Assembly: GCF_021378375.1 (NCBI RefSeq)
Contig: NZ_CP076228.1
Span: 240,001-272,000, forward strand
From: Wolbachia endosymbiont of Drosophila innubila
Lineage (GTDB): Bacteria > Pseudomonadota > Alphaproteobacteria > Rickettsiales > Anaplasmataceae
Length of the DNA stretch: 32,000 nucleotides
Direction of reading: 5' to 3'
Shown: positions 1 through 9,330 of the stretch, one piece after another
Layout: each line of letters opens with the position of its first letter
Numbering within the stretch: position 1 is the first letter of the stretch
Translations under genes and position numbers: made by a program
Notes under the pieces: generated by a model
The model's input: only the letters and a program-made list of their open reading frames with translations
Database searches by the model: none
Told to the model about the DNA's origin: nothing

Positions 1-660
1 GATTTTGCAAAGCAAGTTGCAGGAATTACTAACCTTCCATTTACTTCAGCAGGCAATAAATTTGAAGCGCTAGCAGCAAATGATGCTTTAGTTGAGCTCA
101 GTGGAACACTCAATACAGTAGCAGTCAGTTTAATGAAAATTGCAAATGATATAAGGTTGCTTGGTTCTGGTCCAAGATGCGGAATTGGGGAAATAATGTT
201 ACCGGAAAATGAGCCTGGTTCTTCAATTATGCCAGGTAAAGTGAATCCAACTCAGTGTGAAGCGGTGACTATGGTATGCACTCAAGTTATGGGAAATCAT
301 GTTGCTGTAACCATTAGTGGTTCAAACGGTCATTTTGAATTGAATGTGTTTAAGCCAGTGATAATTTACAATGTTTTGCAGTCTATAAGACTTTTAGCTG
401 ACGCAAGTTTAAATTTTACAGAAAAATGTGTAGTTGGTATTAAAGCAAATGAAGAGAGGATAAAAGATTTACTGAATCAGTCGTTGATGTTGGTCACTAT
501 ATTAAATACGCATATAGGGTACGACAATGCAGCAAAAATAGCGAAGCTTGCTTATAAAGAAAATATCACTCTAAAAGAAGCAGCAGCAAAACTTCAACTG
601 CTCACTGAGGAAGAGTTTGAAAGGATAGTGAAACCAGAAGAAATGGTAAATTATTTGTAA
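1..660 (+). CDS. fumC: Fumarate hydratase class II, C-terminal part (5' truncated by window)
   Basis: Frame open from base 1 ([35 protein letters not shown]...). Contains the fumarase/aspartase signature [16 protein letters not shown]. Confidence 0.96.
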   Translation, partial: DFAKQVAGITNLPFTSAGNKFEALAANDALVELSGTLNTVAVSLMKIANDIRLLGSGPRCGIGEIMLPENEPGSSIMPGKVNPTQCEAVTMVCTQVMGNHVAVTISGSNGHFELNVFKPVIIYNVLQSIRLLADASLNFTEKCVVGIKANEERIKDLLNQSLMLVTILNTHIGYDNAAKIAKLAYKENITLKEAAAKLQLLTEEEFERIVKPEEMVNYL

Positions 661-661
661 C

Positions 662-753
662 CGCTCACACTTAATTCTTCAATCTCACTAATAGAAAGGC
701 CAGTAAACTTGACAATAGTGTTAACATCAACATTATTATCTTGCTTTGTCTAC
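662..753 (-). pseudogene. Short decayed coding remnant resembling the C-terminus of Rpn/PD-(D/E)XK-type transposase-like proteins
   Basis: Reverse strand reads [31 protein letters not shown] with no start or gene body. Confidence 0.3.
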
Positions 754-854
754 CTTATTTTGCCGCTCCCCTGAACGGATACGGCTTAAGACATAAGATC
801 CTTTTTCATAGCTATACTACGTTATCCAGCGTCTGGGCACTGGTTTCTTGGTAC

Positions 855-1178
855 TTATTCCGCAATAATTTTTTTTTCCTTCAATAAACTTTGCAGTTCG
901 CCTTTTTCGTACATCTCGCGAGTGATGTCGCAACCACCAATAAACTCTTCCTTTATATATAATTGTGGAATTGTTGGCCAATCAGAAAACTTTTTTATAG
1001 ATTCACGTATTTCATCATTCTCCAACACGTTAATATACTTAAACTTCACGTTCAATTTTTTTAGGATTGACACGACGAGTCCAGAGAATCCGCATTGAGG
1101 AAAATCAGAAGTGCCTTTCATATATAATACCACATCATTTTCTGTTATATCTTTTTTTATTTGTTCAAAATTGCTCAT
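855..1178 (-). CDS. grxD: Monothiol glutaredoxin, Grx4 family
   Basis: 107 aa; KGTSDFPQCGFS (CGFS-type active site), WPTIPQLYIKEEFIGGCDI. Confidence 0.96.
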   Translation of the reverse strand: MSNFEQIKKDITENDVVLYMKGTSDFPQCGFSGLVVSILKKLNVKFKYINVLENDEIRESIKKFSDWPTIPQLYIKEEFIGGCDITREMYEKGELQSLLKEKKIIAE

Positions 1179-1193
1179 AAATTCACCTTATTT

Positions 1194-1412
1194 TTAAGTA
1201 TTAGTTTCCAGTTGCAAGGCGTGTATAGACTGACCTTCCAGAGCTTTATATACCATTTTATGCTGTTCTATTTTTGTCTTTCCAAGAAAACACTTGGAGT
1301 TTATTTTTAAATGATAATGGTCATCATCTCCAGCAAGATCATGAATCTTTATATCAGCGTCGGGGAACGATTGTTTGATGATCCTCTCTAATTCGTGAAT
1401 TGCAATAGTCAT
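1194..1412 (-). CDS. bolA: BolA family protein
   Basis: 72 aa; small BolA-like protein (LAGDDDHYHLKINSKCFLGKTKIEQHKMVYKAL), directly upstream of grxD on the same strand. Confidence 0.92.
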   Translation of the reverse strand: MTIAIHELERIIKQSFPDADIKIHDLAGDDDHYHLKINSKCFLGKTKIEQHKMVYKALEGQSIHALQLETNT

Positions 1413-1523
1413 TGATTTGCTTTAAATTACAATACTTTCATTATAAATCTAAAACGATTGAGCGCAATAAAAAGTTGCTATCATAAAAAATAGAAGCATA
1501 CTATAATAATGGAATGACAAATT

Positions 1524-2450
1524 ATGCAGGGAGGCTTTGTGGTGGGCGAAAGATTTAAATTCACATATCTATTGGTTTTGCTAACTTTTTCATTTAGGTG
1601 CTTATCTTACGATGATAAAATAAATAACTTAGAGAATGTTTACATCAAAGCTAACTATTTTGGAGCATTCTTCAATGCAATAGGTTCTCTAGAAGGAAAA
1701 GAAGATGCAGGTGACAATATAACAGAGGGGGTTTTTAGTTTTAATAAGAAGGAGCGAATTGAAGCTGGATACAGTCCTAAATATGTTCCAGAGTTTGCCG
1801 GTAGTGCTGCAATAGGGTATTTATTCAAAAATATGAGAGTTGAGTTTGAAGGCTTATATTCTCAGACTAACTTATATGATGAAGATTATTCAGATAAGAA
1901 AAAAGCAAGATATATTGAACTTCGTCGTCACAATGATGCGTCTACTGGAGCGGAATGCAATTCACCTTGGAGAAGTGGAAAGGTTGATATTCACATTCAA
2001 GAAAATTGTAGTGTTGAAGCAGAGTTCAGAGCTGCATTTAAGATGAAAAATGAAGGTTTTAATAACTTAGCTGGAATGGTCAATGTATATCGTGATTTTA
2101 ATATAGCAAAAATGCCATTCACCCCATATGTTGGTATTGGTGCAGGTGTAACTAGGGTTAAATTTCTAGGAAAAACCAGATATGCCTTGGCTTACCAAGC
2201 AAAACTTGGTATCAATCACCAACTTACAGCACAAACTCAAGCATTTGCTGGTTTACGCTATTTTGGTATCCTTGATAACCAATTTAAAGATATTGTACCA
2301 GGAATAAAGATACTAGCTGGTGAAGGATATATTCCTGCCGGTGGAGGAAGTAAAGTTGATGAAACTGCACGTGTTGAATCAACAACTGCAACCATTACCA
2401 ATAGGTTTGGCATATATGGCTTAGAGTTTGGGTTGGTTTATCACTTTTAA
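1524..2450 (+). CDS. P44/Msp2 family-like outer membrane surface antigen (beta barrel)
   Basis: N-terminal signal-like hydrophobic stretch (FTYLLVLLTFSFRCLS), YVGIGAGVTRVKF, C-terminal GLEFGLVYHF ending in Phe. The true start may be downstream of 1524. Confidence 0.85.
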   Translation: MQGGFVVGERFKFTYLLVLLTFSFRCLSYDDKINNLENVYIKANYFGAFFNAIGSLEGKEDAGDNITEGVFSFNKKERIEAGYSPKYVPEFAGSAAIGYLFKNMRVEFEGLYSQTNLYDEDYSDKKKARYIELRRHNDASTGAECNSPWRSGKVDIHIQENCSVEAEFRAAFKMKNEGFNNLAGMVNVYRDFNIAKMPFTPYVGIGAGVTRVKFLGKTRYALAYQAKLGINHQLTAQTQAFAGLRYFGILDNQFKDIVPGIKILAGEGYIPAGGGSKVDETARVESTTATITNRFGIYGLEFGLVYHF

Positions 2451-2464
2451 CTTTATCCAATAAA

Positions 2465-3850
2465 TTACATATGTGAAGATAGTAAATTCAGCATGCTGAG
2501 AACATTAGAAAGACGAGATTTTAATTGATTTTCATATTTACTCCAATCTTGTATTGCCTTTCTTGCAACACCTGAATCAACTGCGGCTTTTGCAACAGCA
2601 GGAGCTACTATAGAAATTAATCTTGGGTCAAATGGAGTAGGTATTATATATTCACGTCCATAGCCCATTTTACGACCGCCATAGACTGCAGATATCTCAC
2701 CTGGTACTGGCTCACGGGCAAGCTTTGCTATTGCATCTGCAGCTGCAATTTTCATTTCATCATTTATTGTTGTTGCATGTACATCAAGTGCCCCTCTAAA
2801 TATATAAGGAAAACCCATTACGTTGTTGACTTGGTTGTTGTAATCTGACCTACCAGTTGCAATTATTGCATCTGGCCTCACAGATTTTGCAAACTCAGGC
2901 CTTACTTCTGGATCGGGATTGGCAAGAGCAAAAATAATCGGGTCTTTGCCCATACTCTTTAACATCTCTTCATTTAACACATCTTTTGCAGATAGTCCGA
3001 TGAATACATCAGCGCCTTTTATTGTATCAAGTAGAGAACGTTCGGAAGTATCAATTGCATACTTTTCCTTCCACTCATTCATATCCTCGTTTCTACCTTT
3101 GTATATTACTCCTTGCTTATCACACAGCACTATATTTTTAGCGCCCATGGACTTTAGTATTTCTAAACATGCAATACCGGCTGCTCCAGCACCATTCATA
3201 ATGATCTTAACGTCCTCTAATTTCTTTTCAACAATATCAAGAGCATTTTCTATGCCAGCTGCAACAACCACCGCAGTTCCATGCTGGTCATCATGGAACA
3301 CTGGAATATCCATCAGTTCATTCAGGCGTTTCTCTATTATAAAACAATCGGGAGATCTTATATCTTCTAAATTTATCCCCCCCCAACTTGGCCCAAGATA
3401 CCTTACTGCATTGATGAAATCTTCTATATTTTCTGTACCAACTTCTATATCAACTGCATCAATATCAGCAAAACGCTTAAATAAAACAGCTTTGCCTTCC
3501 ATGACAGGTTTTGCAGCAAGAGGACCGATATTACCAAGTCCAAGCACTGCAGTGCCATTTGAAATGACAGCAACACAGTTGCTTTTTGCTGTATAATCAT
3601 AAACAACCTCAGGATTTTTAGCTATTTCAAGGCACGGAGCTGCAACACCAGGGGAATAAGCAAGTGACAAATCATACTGGGTAGATAAAGGTTTTGTTGG
3701 CATGATTGAAATTTTACCAGGGTTACCACCTCTGCTGTGATACTTAAGCGCTTCTTGTTTTGTGGTACTATCTAAATCATCGTTCATCATTACATCCTTA
3801 TATTTTAAGCTTGTATTTTTTAAGTATATGGAGTTTTTATAAATGTTCAA
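2465..3850 (-). CDS. maeB: NADP-dependent malic enzyme
   Basis: SLAYSPGVAAPCLEIAKNPEVVYDYTAKSNCVAVISNGTAVLGLGNIGPLAAKPVMEGK, PVFHDDQHGTAVVV. An alternative start near MMNDDL is likely. Confidence 0.95.
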   Translation of the reverse strand: MNIYKNSIYLKNTSLKYKDVMMNDDLDSTTKQEALKYHSRGGNPGKISIMPTKPLSTQYDLSLAYSPGVAAPCLEIAKNPEVVYDYTAKSNCVAVISNGTAVLGLGNIGPLAAKPVMEGKAVLFKRFADIDAVDIEVGTENIEDFINAVRYLGPSWGGINLEDIRSPDCFIIEKRLNELMDIPVFHDDQHGTAVVVAAGIENALDIVEKKLEDVKIIMNGAGAAGIACLEILKSMGAKNIVLCDKQGVIYKGRNEDMNEWKEKYAIDTSERSLLDTIKGADVFIGLSAKDVLNEEMLKSMGKDPIIFALANPDPEVRPEFAKSVRPDAIIATGRSDYNNQVNNVMGFPYIFRGALDVHATTINDEMKIAAADAIAKLAREPVPGEISAVYGGRKMGYGREYIIPTPFDPRLISIVAPAVAKAAVDSGVARKAIQDWSKYENQLKSRLSNVLSMLNLLSSHM

Positions 3851-3921
3851 TTGTAAACTATTAACTTGTGAACTCTGTTGTACTTCTGTATAAGTTTACC
3901 TATTACGTAAGATGATATTAC

Positions 3922-4455
3922 ATGCTTAAAAAAAACGTGCCTAATTTGCTTACAATTTCTCGTGCACTTGCAATACCAGCAATAATATTAAGTTTTTATA
4001 TAGAAAATAAATATGCAGGCCTGATAACAATATCAATCTTTGTGTTTGCGTGCATTACGGATTTTTTTGATGGTTACCTGGCGCGTGCGTGGAAAGTCCA
4101 ATCAAAGTTTGGCAAGCTATTTGATCCAATTGCTGACAAATTAATAGTGGTTTCAACGATAATTATGCTAGTTTATAAGCATAAGATAAATGATTTTACA
4201 ATAGTACCATCGATTATCATCATCTGTCGGGAGATATTAGTCTCGGGTTTACGGGAGTTTCTGATAGCTACAAATGTTAGTCTACCTGTAAGCAAAGCTG
4301 GAAAAATTAAAACATTTTTGCAGATGGTTGCTGTAGTAGCGCTAATAATGAACGATTATTATATGATTCAATATACAGGTGCGATTTGTTTATGGGTTGC
4401 AGCTATTATAACTATGTGGTCAGGCTATAATTATATCCTAGCCGGCATCAAATAG
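3922..4455 (+). CDS. pgsA: CDP-diacylglycerol--glycerol-3-phosphate 3-phosphatidyltransferase
   Basis: CDP-alcohol phosphotransferase motif D-G-x2-A-R-x8-G-x3-D-x3-D (DFFDGYLARAWKVQSKFGKLFDPIADK). Confidence 0.95.
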   Translation: MLKKNVPNLLTISRALAIPAIILSFYIENKYAGLITISIFVFACITDFFDGYLARAWKVQSKFGKLFDPIADKLIVVSTIIMLVYKHKINDFTIVPSIIIICREILVSGLREFLIATNVSLPVSKAGKIKTFLQMVAVVALIMNDYYMIQYTGAICLWVAAIITMWSGYNYILAGIK

Positions 4456-4575
4456 ATTGATTAAATCTCCTAGGAAATAGTTAATAGACAAGAGTAGTTA
4501 ATATCTTAGTGATATTGACTCAGAAAGCAAAAAGGTGTATAATTGTATTAACTTACTACTAATTAGGTTAATATT

Positions 4576-4803
4576 ATGAAAATACCTAGTGGCAAATTTT
4601 CTTCTACTAAAAAGGTTCCAGGAAAGAATAAGAAAAAAAGAGATTTTGAACCATTAGAAGAGTTTTTTTGGGATTTTTGGCCAACAGTTGATAAAGAAGT
4701 CAAAAGAGAAAGGCTAGAACAAGAACTATTAGCACTAAAAAAAAGAGAGCTATATAGAGAAAATGTGCATCATTGGCAACAATGGTCCCATTTACATTGC
4801 TGA
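4576..4803 (+). CDS. Hypothetical small basic protein
   Basis: 75 aa ORF, lysine-rich start, overlapped by the next ORF. Confidence 0.5.
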   Translation: MKIPSGKFSSTKKVPGKNKKKRDFEPLEEFFWDFWPTVDKEVKRERLEQELLALKKRELYRENVHHWQQWSHLHC

Positions 4804-5519
4804 TGGCGATTGAACTGGAAAAAACATATAGCGATCAGGTATTACTTGGCGTGATAAGTGGCGCGCTAAGCCACACTATATTACCTTTTACAGTCTTATC
4901 TCTTATTTGTACGCTATATTTAATTTACAATAATAGGAAGATAGCACAAAAAGAACGAGAGTTGGATATTATTGAAAATGGAGAGGAAGTAAAGGAAAAA
5001 GAGCACAATATTTCTGATATAGGTCAGTGTTTGATCTATATTGAGGCTATAACAACTGCACTGGTTATTGTAGGTATGATAATGGGTGAAACATCTTCAC
5101 TTGAAGCAGCAGAGGATGCAATTTTATTTCTTGCCAATGCAATTGCTTTTCTTGCAACTCTTGTTTCTTATATTGATAAGCATGAAAAAAATAAGAAAAA
5201 GGAAACAGAAAAGTCTGATCTTGATGAGAAATCTAGCAAGAAAACTAGCAATATATCTGTAGCCGGATTGGCGCTTGCTGGTTCTTCTGTATTTTCAATA
5301 AGAAGGATAATGTTAATAGCATTAGCATCGTCCTTAAATCCTGCTGTTGGACCTACTTTAGGCTTGGTAGGTATTGCAATTTTTATGGCTGTACAGGTCT
5401 TAACTATACATTCCTACAGTAAGACGCTGAAAGATCCAAAAGTGGAAGGACGAGGTGAATCAAGAAATACAGGTAGTTCTGACCGTAGTTATAAAGAAGA
5501 AGGACCGGCTATTGCCTAA
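4773..5519 (+). CDS. Hypothetical multi-spanning membrane protein
   Basis: Hydrophobic segments separated by charged linkers. The likely start is an internal Met (MVPFTLLMAIELEK or MAIELEK). Confidence 0.65.
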   Translation: MATMVPFTLLMAIELEKTYSDQVLLGVISGALSHTILPFTVLSLICTLYLIYNNRKIAQKERELDIIENGEEVKEKEHNISDIGQCLIYIEAITTALVIVGMIMGETSSLEAAEDAILFLANAIAFLATLVSYIDKHEKNKKKETEKSDLDEKSSKKTSNISVAGLALAGSSVFSIRRIMLIALASSLNPAVGPTLGLVGIAIFMAVQVLTIHSYSKTLKDPKVEGRGESRNTGSSDRSYKEEGPAIA

Positions 5520-5561
5520 GAAATTTATTTATTTAAGTAATATTTAGGTCTATACTTTATT

Positions 5562-6293
5562 TTGATCGAAAAAAATCTTATGTATAAGACTTTAATCACG
5601 TGCTTTATTTTCCTAATTTGCTCCTTTACACAATCGTATGCGGATGATCTTGAAAAAACTGAAACTGAAACTGAACTATATGAAGAAGCAGTTGAACTTT
5701 TTGATCAGAAAAAATATAAACAAGCTATTAGGGCATTTCATAAGATAGAGGATTTGTATCCTTTTTCTTATTGGGCAATGAAAGCAAAATTATTATCTGG
5801 GGTCTCTCACTATAATATGGGTAACTATAGCAGTGCTGCAAGTGATATGGCTGATTATATATATGTTTATTCAAATGGTGAAGATTTACCATATGTATAC
5901 TACTTAAGAGTATTATCTTATTACATGCAAATTAATAAAGTGCAACTTGGACAGCAAACTGCATATAAAACTTTAGAGCTAGCCACTGAGTACATTAATC
6001 TCTTTCCAGGCAGCGAATATGTAGACGAGATAAAGGAAAGAGCAAAATTAATCACAGAACATATATCAACAAAAGAGTATTCTATCGGTAAATTTTACCT
6101 GAGGCGTGGTGAATATTTAGCAGCAATTAAGCGTTTCCAGAATATGGCAAGCTATAAGGATTCTAAATATTTTTCTAAGTCTATTAACCATTTAATAGCA
6201 GCCCATTCAGCTCTTGGCCTTGACTTAGAAGCTGAGCAGTATGAAAGTATGTTATTAGCAGAAAACCTGCAAGATGCCAAGCCAGAGGCTTGA
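5562..6293 (+). CDS. bamD: Outer membrane protein assembly factor BamD (ComL-like, TPR)
   Basis: Signal region FLICSFTQSYADD, then LYEEAVELFDQKKYKQAIRAFHKIEDLYPFSYWAMKAKLLSGVSHYNMGNYSSAASDMADYI, FPGSEYVDEI. Confidence 0.88.
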   Translation: MIEKNLMYKTLITCFIFLICSFTQSYADDLEKTETETELYEEAVELFDQKKYKQAIRAFHKIEDLYPFSYWAMKAKLLSGVSHYNMGNYSSAASDMADYIYVYSNGEDLPYVYYLRVLSYYMQINKVQLGQQTAYKTLELATEYINLFPGSEYVDEIKERAKLITEHISTKEYSIGKFYLRRGEYLAAIKRFQNMASYKDSKYFSKSINHLIAAHSALGLDLEAEQYESMLLAENLQDAKPEA

Positions 6294-6352
6294 AAATTTG
6301 CTTTAGCTTTTTCTATGCTTTGATATATAATTAGGTTTTTAACTATTTGAAT

Positions 6353-7093
6353 ATGGCTGGTCATTCACAATTTTCAAATATAAAACATCGGAAAGGCGCT
6401 CAGGATGCAAAGCGCTCTCAAAAATTTACGAAGCTGATCAGAGAAATAACAGTTGCTGCAAAGCAAGGGCTGCCCGATCCCGAACTCAACCCGCGCCTTC
6501 GCTCTGCTATATTTGCTGCACGCAAGGAAAATCTACCAAAAGATAAAATAGAAACAGCAATAAAAAATGCAACTGGTAACGTTGCTGGAGAAAATTACGA
6601 GGAAATCCAATATGAAGGTCATGGGCCTTCTGGCACTGCACTCATTGTCCATGTTTTGACTAATAATCGCAACCGAACTGCTTCTGAGGTACGTTATATA
6701 TTTTCTCGCAAGGGTGGAAACTTGGGAGAAACAGGAAGTGTTAGTTACCTTTTCGATCATGTAGGCTTAATCGTCTATAAAGCAGAGGGTGTGAATTTTG
6801 ATGATTTATTCAGTCATGGAATCGAATTAGAAGTATTGAATGTTGAGGAAAATGACAAAGAAGGATTACACGTTATAACTTGTGAAATAAAAGATTTTGG
6901 TAAAGTACGCGATGCCTTTTATGCAAAATTCGGAGAACCAGAACTTGCTCGTCTTTCATGGCAGCCAAAAGATCTGATTGAAATTAGCGATAAAGAGTTG
7001 ATTGATAAATTATCTGCATTGGTTGAAGAATTAGAAGATAATGATGATGTACAGTATGTGGAAGGTAATTTTACTTTTGTTGATGCTGTTTAA
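6353..7093 (+). CDS. yebC: YebC/PmpR family transcriptional regulator
   Basis: MAGHSQFSNIKHRKGAQDAKRSQKFTKLIREITVAAKQG, characteristic of YebC/PmpR. ORF is open from 6347; likely Met start at 6353. Confidence 0.96.
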   Translation: MAGHSQFSNIKHRKGAQDAKRSQKFTKLIREITVAAKQGLPDPELNPRLRSAIFAARKENLPKDKIETAIKNATGNVAGENYEEIQYEGHGPSGTALIVHVLTNNRNRTASEVRYIFSRKGGNLGETGSVSYLFDHVGLIVYKAEGVNFDDLFSHGIELEVLNVEENDKEGLHVITCEIKDFGKVRDAFYAKFGEPELARLSWQPKDLIEISDKELIDKLSALVEELEDNDDVQYVEGNFTFVDAV

Positions 7094-8035
7094 ATGATGA
7101 AGCTGATTGTATTTATGCTGCTCTTTATCTTACCGTTATATACCGCTGAAACATCAACAGATCTTGCACAGCCATTCCAGCATGGAATCAGAAAAAAAAA
7201 AGCTACTTTGACGACAGAAAGTGATAGAAAGTTGTTATTCATATCCAGTACCATAAAATCTTCCTTTTTTGCCACGGAAGGGTTGGCGCCAAATACAGCG
7301 GTGAAATTGATCAACATATATAAAGATTTCGGTGTTGATTTTAAAAAAGACATTGTGCCGAAGAGTAAATTGGAGGTTCTTTTTGAGAGATTGCCTAATA
7401 ATCAGAAGACTGAAGAAAAAATTTTATATGCTTCACTGATAATAAACAAGAAAGCTATTAGTTTATATCATTATAAATCGCAAGACGGCAAAGAAAGGTA
7501 TTTTAATAAAGAAGGAATAAGCTTAAAAAATGGCGAAATTTTTGCAAATCCTTTAAATGGAGATTATCGCATATCCTCAAAATTTGGCAATAGAAAGCAT
7601 CCTGTTCGCGGTAAAATTGCTTTTCACAAAGGAGTGGATTATGCAGCTAAACTTGGCACTCCCATATACGCTGCTGCAGAGGGTGTGATAGAATATATAG
7701 GAAAGAATGGTGGCTATGGAAATTACATCAAAATAAAACACAAAAATGAATATTCAACCTGTTACGCGCATATAAGTAGATTTAGTGGCGATATAAAGTT
7801 AGGCTCTAAAGTAAAGCAGGGGCAGGTCATCGCCTATGTTGGTAGCACTGGTGTTGCAACAGGCCCTCATTTACATTACGAAGTTATATATAACGGCAAA
7901 CACATCGATCCGCTTACGATAGCACATAAAACTGAAGTAAAATTGCCTGATCATGAATTAAGAGAGTTTAAACTATTTGTAAATAAGATAAATAAAACGA
8001 TCAACAGAGAGAGTTCAAGTGAAAAAGAAGTTTAA
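7094..8035 (+). CDS. M23 family metallopeptidase (LytM domain)
   Basis: RKHPVRGKIAFHKGVDYAAKLGTPIYAAAEGVI...YATCYAHISRF-like segment (YSTCYAHISRF)...VGSTGVATGPHLHYEV. Confidence 0.94.
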   Translation: MMKLIVFMLLFILPLYTAETSTDLAQPFQHGIRKKKATLTTESDRKLLFISSTIKSSFFATEGLAPNTAVKLINIYKDFGVDFKKDIVPKSKLEVLFERLPNNQKTEEKILYASLIINKKAISLYHYKSQDGKERYFNKEGISLKNGEIFANPLNGDYRISSKFGNRKHPVRGKIAFHKGVDYAAKLGTPIYAAAEGVIEYIGKNGGYGNYIKIKHKNEYSTCYAHISRFSGDIKLGSKVKQGQVIAYVGSTGVATGPHLHYEVIYNGKHIDPLTIAHKTEVKLPDHELREFKLFVNKINKTINRESSSEKEV

Positions 8036-8071
8036 AGACAATATGGATAAGAATACGATAAACGATAGAAT

Positions 8072-8887
8072 TTGAGTCAAATTCGGGCTTTTCCTGTACT
8101 AATAGCGCTAGGATTAATTTTATCGCTGCTTTTTTTGGCATATGACAGCACAATTGCACTTGGAGTTGCTGCCGTTTCAATTTTGACTTTTCTTCAAGGA
8201 TTTTTTATTAATGACCCTAATGAAGCAAGAGTGATAGAATTTTTTGGTCATTATATTGGAACTTATTTTAAGTCTGGAATATGTGTAACGCTTCCCTTTT
8301 CAAGCAAATATATAGTTTCCCTAAAATTTCAGAATATTAACACAGAAAAAATAAAAGTTAATGATGCAAATGGAAGTCCAATAGAGATTTCTGCAGTAAT
8401 TGTTTGGAGAGTGAGCAGTCCTGCAAAGGCGTATTATAATGTTAACAACTATCACGAATTTGTTTTTGTACAAAGTGACTCGGTAATTAGAGAATTGGCG
8501 AGCAATTATCCGTATGACAGCGAGAGCAATGAGGAATCTTTACGTAAAAATTCTGATAAAATTTCAGATGAATTGCGGTCAATGTTACAACAAAGATTAG
8601 ATATTGCAGGAATTGAGATTACAGAAGCAAGAATATCGCATTTGGCGTATTCGTCCGAGATTGCACAAGCAATGTTAAGGCGTCAACAAGCACATGCTAT
8701 CACTTCGGCAAGAAGGCATATAGTGCAAAATGCAATAGGAATTGTCGAGGAAGTAATAGCTCATTTTGAAAAAAACAAAAGCTTACAATTAGATGGCAAG
8801 CAAAAGGTTCAATTGATAAATAATTTGTTGGTTGCCCTAATCTCTGAGCAAGATGCACAACCGACGATTAGTTTAGATAATAATTAG
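8072..8887 (+). CDS. SPFH/Band 7 (prohibitin/stomatin-like) domain membrane protein
   Basis: N-terminal transmembrane segments, then NDPNEARVIEFFGHYIGTYFKSGICVTLPFSSKYIVSLKFQN...ISAVIVWRV...LDIAGIEITEARISHLAYSSEIAQAMLRRQQAHA. Confidence 0.85.
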   Translation: MSQIRAFPVLIALGLILSLLFLAYDSTIALGVAAVSILTFLQGFFINDPNEARVIEFFGHYIGTYFKSGICVTLPFSSKYIVSLKFQNINTEKIKVNDANGSPIEISAVIVWRVSSPAKAYYNVNNYHEFVFVQSDSVIRELASNYPYDSESNEESLRKNSDKISDELRSMLQQRLDIAGIEITEARISHLAYSSEIAQAMLRRQQAHAITSARRHIVQNAIGIVEEVIAHFEKNKSLQLDGKQKVQLINNLLVALISEQDAQPTISLDNN

Positions 8888-8969
8888 CATAGAAGCCGAT
8901 TGGGTTTCATAAATGCAAGTCACTATTAATTTCTTGATTAATAGACTAAATGATGTTATAAATTACACG

Positions 8970-9053
8970 CATTAGGGGTGCTCTAGAAAAGCTGAGAGTA
9001 CATAAAGTACAACCCTTTGAACCTGATATTGTTAAAGCAAGCGTAGGAAAATG
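8970..9053 (+). promoter_or_regulatory. TPP (THI-box) riboswitch aptamer
   Basis: Conserved blocks GGGGTGC (8975-8981), CTGAGA (8992-8997), ACCCTTTGAACCTGAT (9012-9027) and GCGTAGGAAA (9041-9050). P1 CATT (8970-8973)/AATG (9050-9053); extra hairpin GTAC (8998-9001)/GTAC (9007-9010); P4-like TTGT/GCAA. Confidence 0.93.
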
Positions 9054-9054
9054 T

Positions 9055-9330
9055 ATGTATATAAATATTGAAGAATGCTTCGGCTTCATTGCGTTAATTG
9101 CATCTCTAATTGGATTATCACCTCAAGTATATAAAGCATATATCACTAAAGTTACTCGTGATGTATCGATGTTAATGTTAGTAAACTATCTTATTTGTTC
9201 ATTGTCTTGGATTGGCTATGGTCTTTACCAGAGCTCAATTTTTGTGGTGCTTAGCAATATTGCTGGATTAGTGATTAGCATAATATCAATTATTCAAAAA
9301 TGTTACTACGATGCAAAACCTGCACCATGA
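9055..9330 (+). CDS. SemiSWEET/PQ-loop family small transporter, candidate thiamine-related transporter
   Basis: 91 aa, about 3 TM segments, PQ motif (FGFIALIASLIGLSPQVYKAY), LSNIAGLVISIISIIQK; directly downstream of the TPP riboswitch. Confidence 0.88.
   Translation: MYINIEECFGFIALIASLIGLSPQVYKAYITKVTRDVSMLMLVNYLICSLSWIGYGLYQSSIFVVLSNIAGLVISIISIIQKCYYDAKPAP

Noticed and set aside
2919-3596. 225-aa plus-strand ORF
   Set aside because: Lies entirely antisense to the clearly coding malic enzyme gene; typical shadow ORF.
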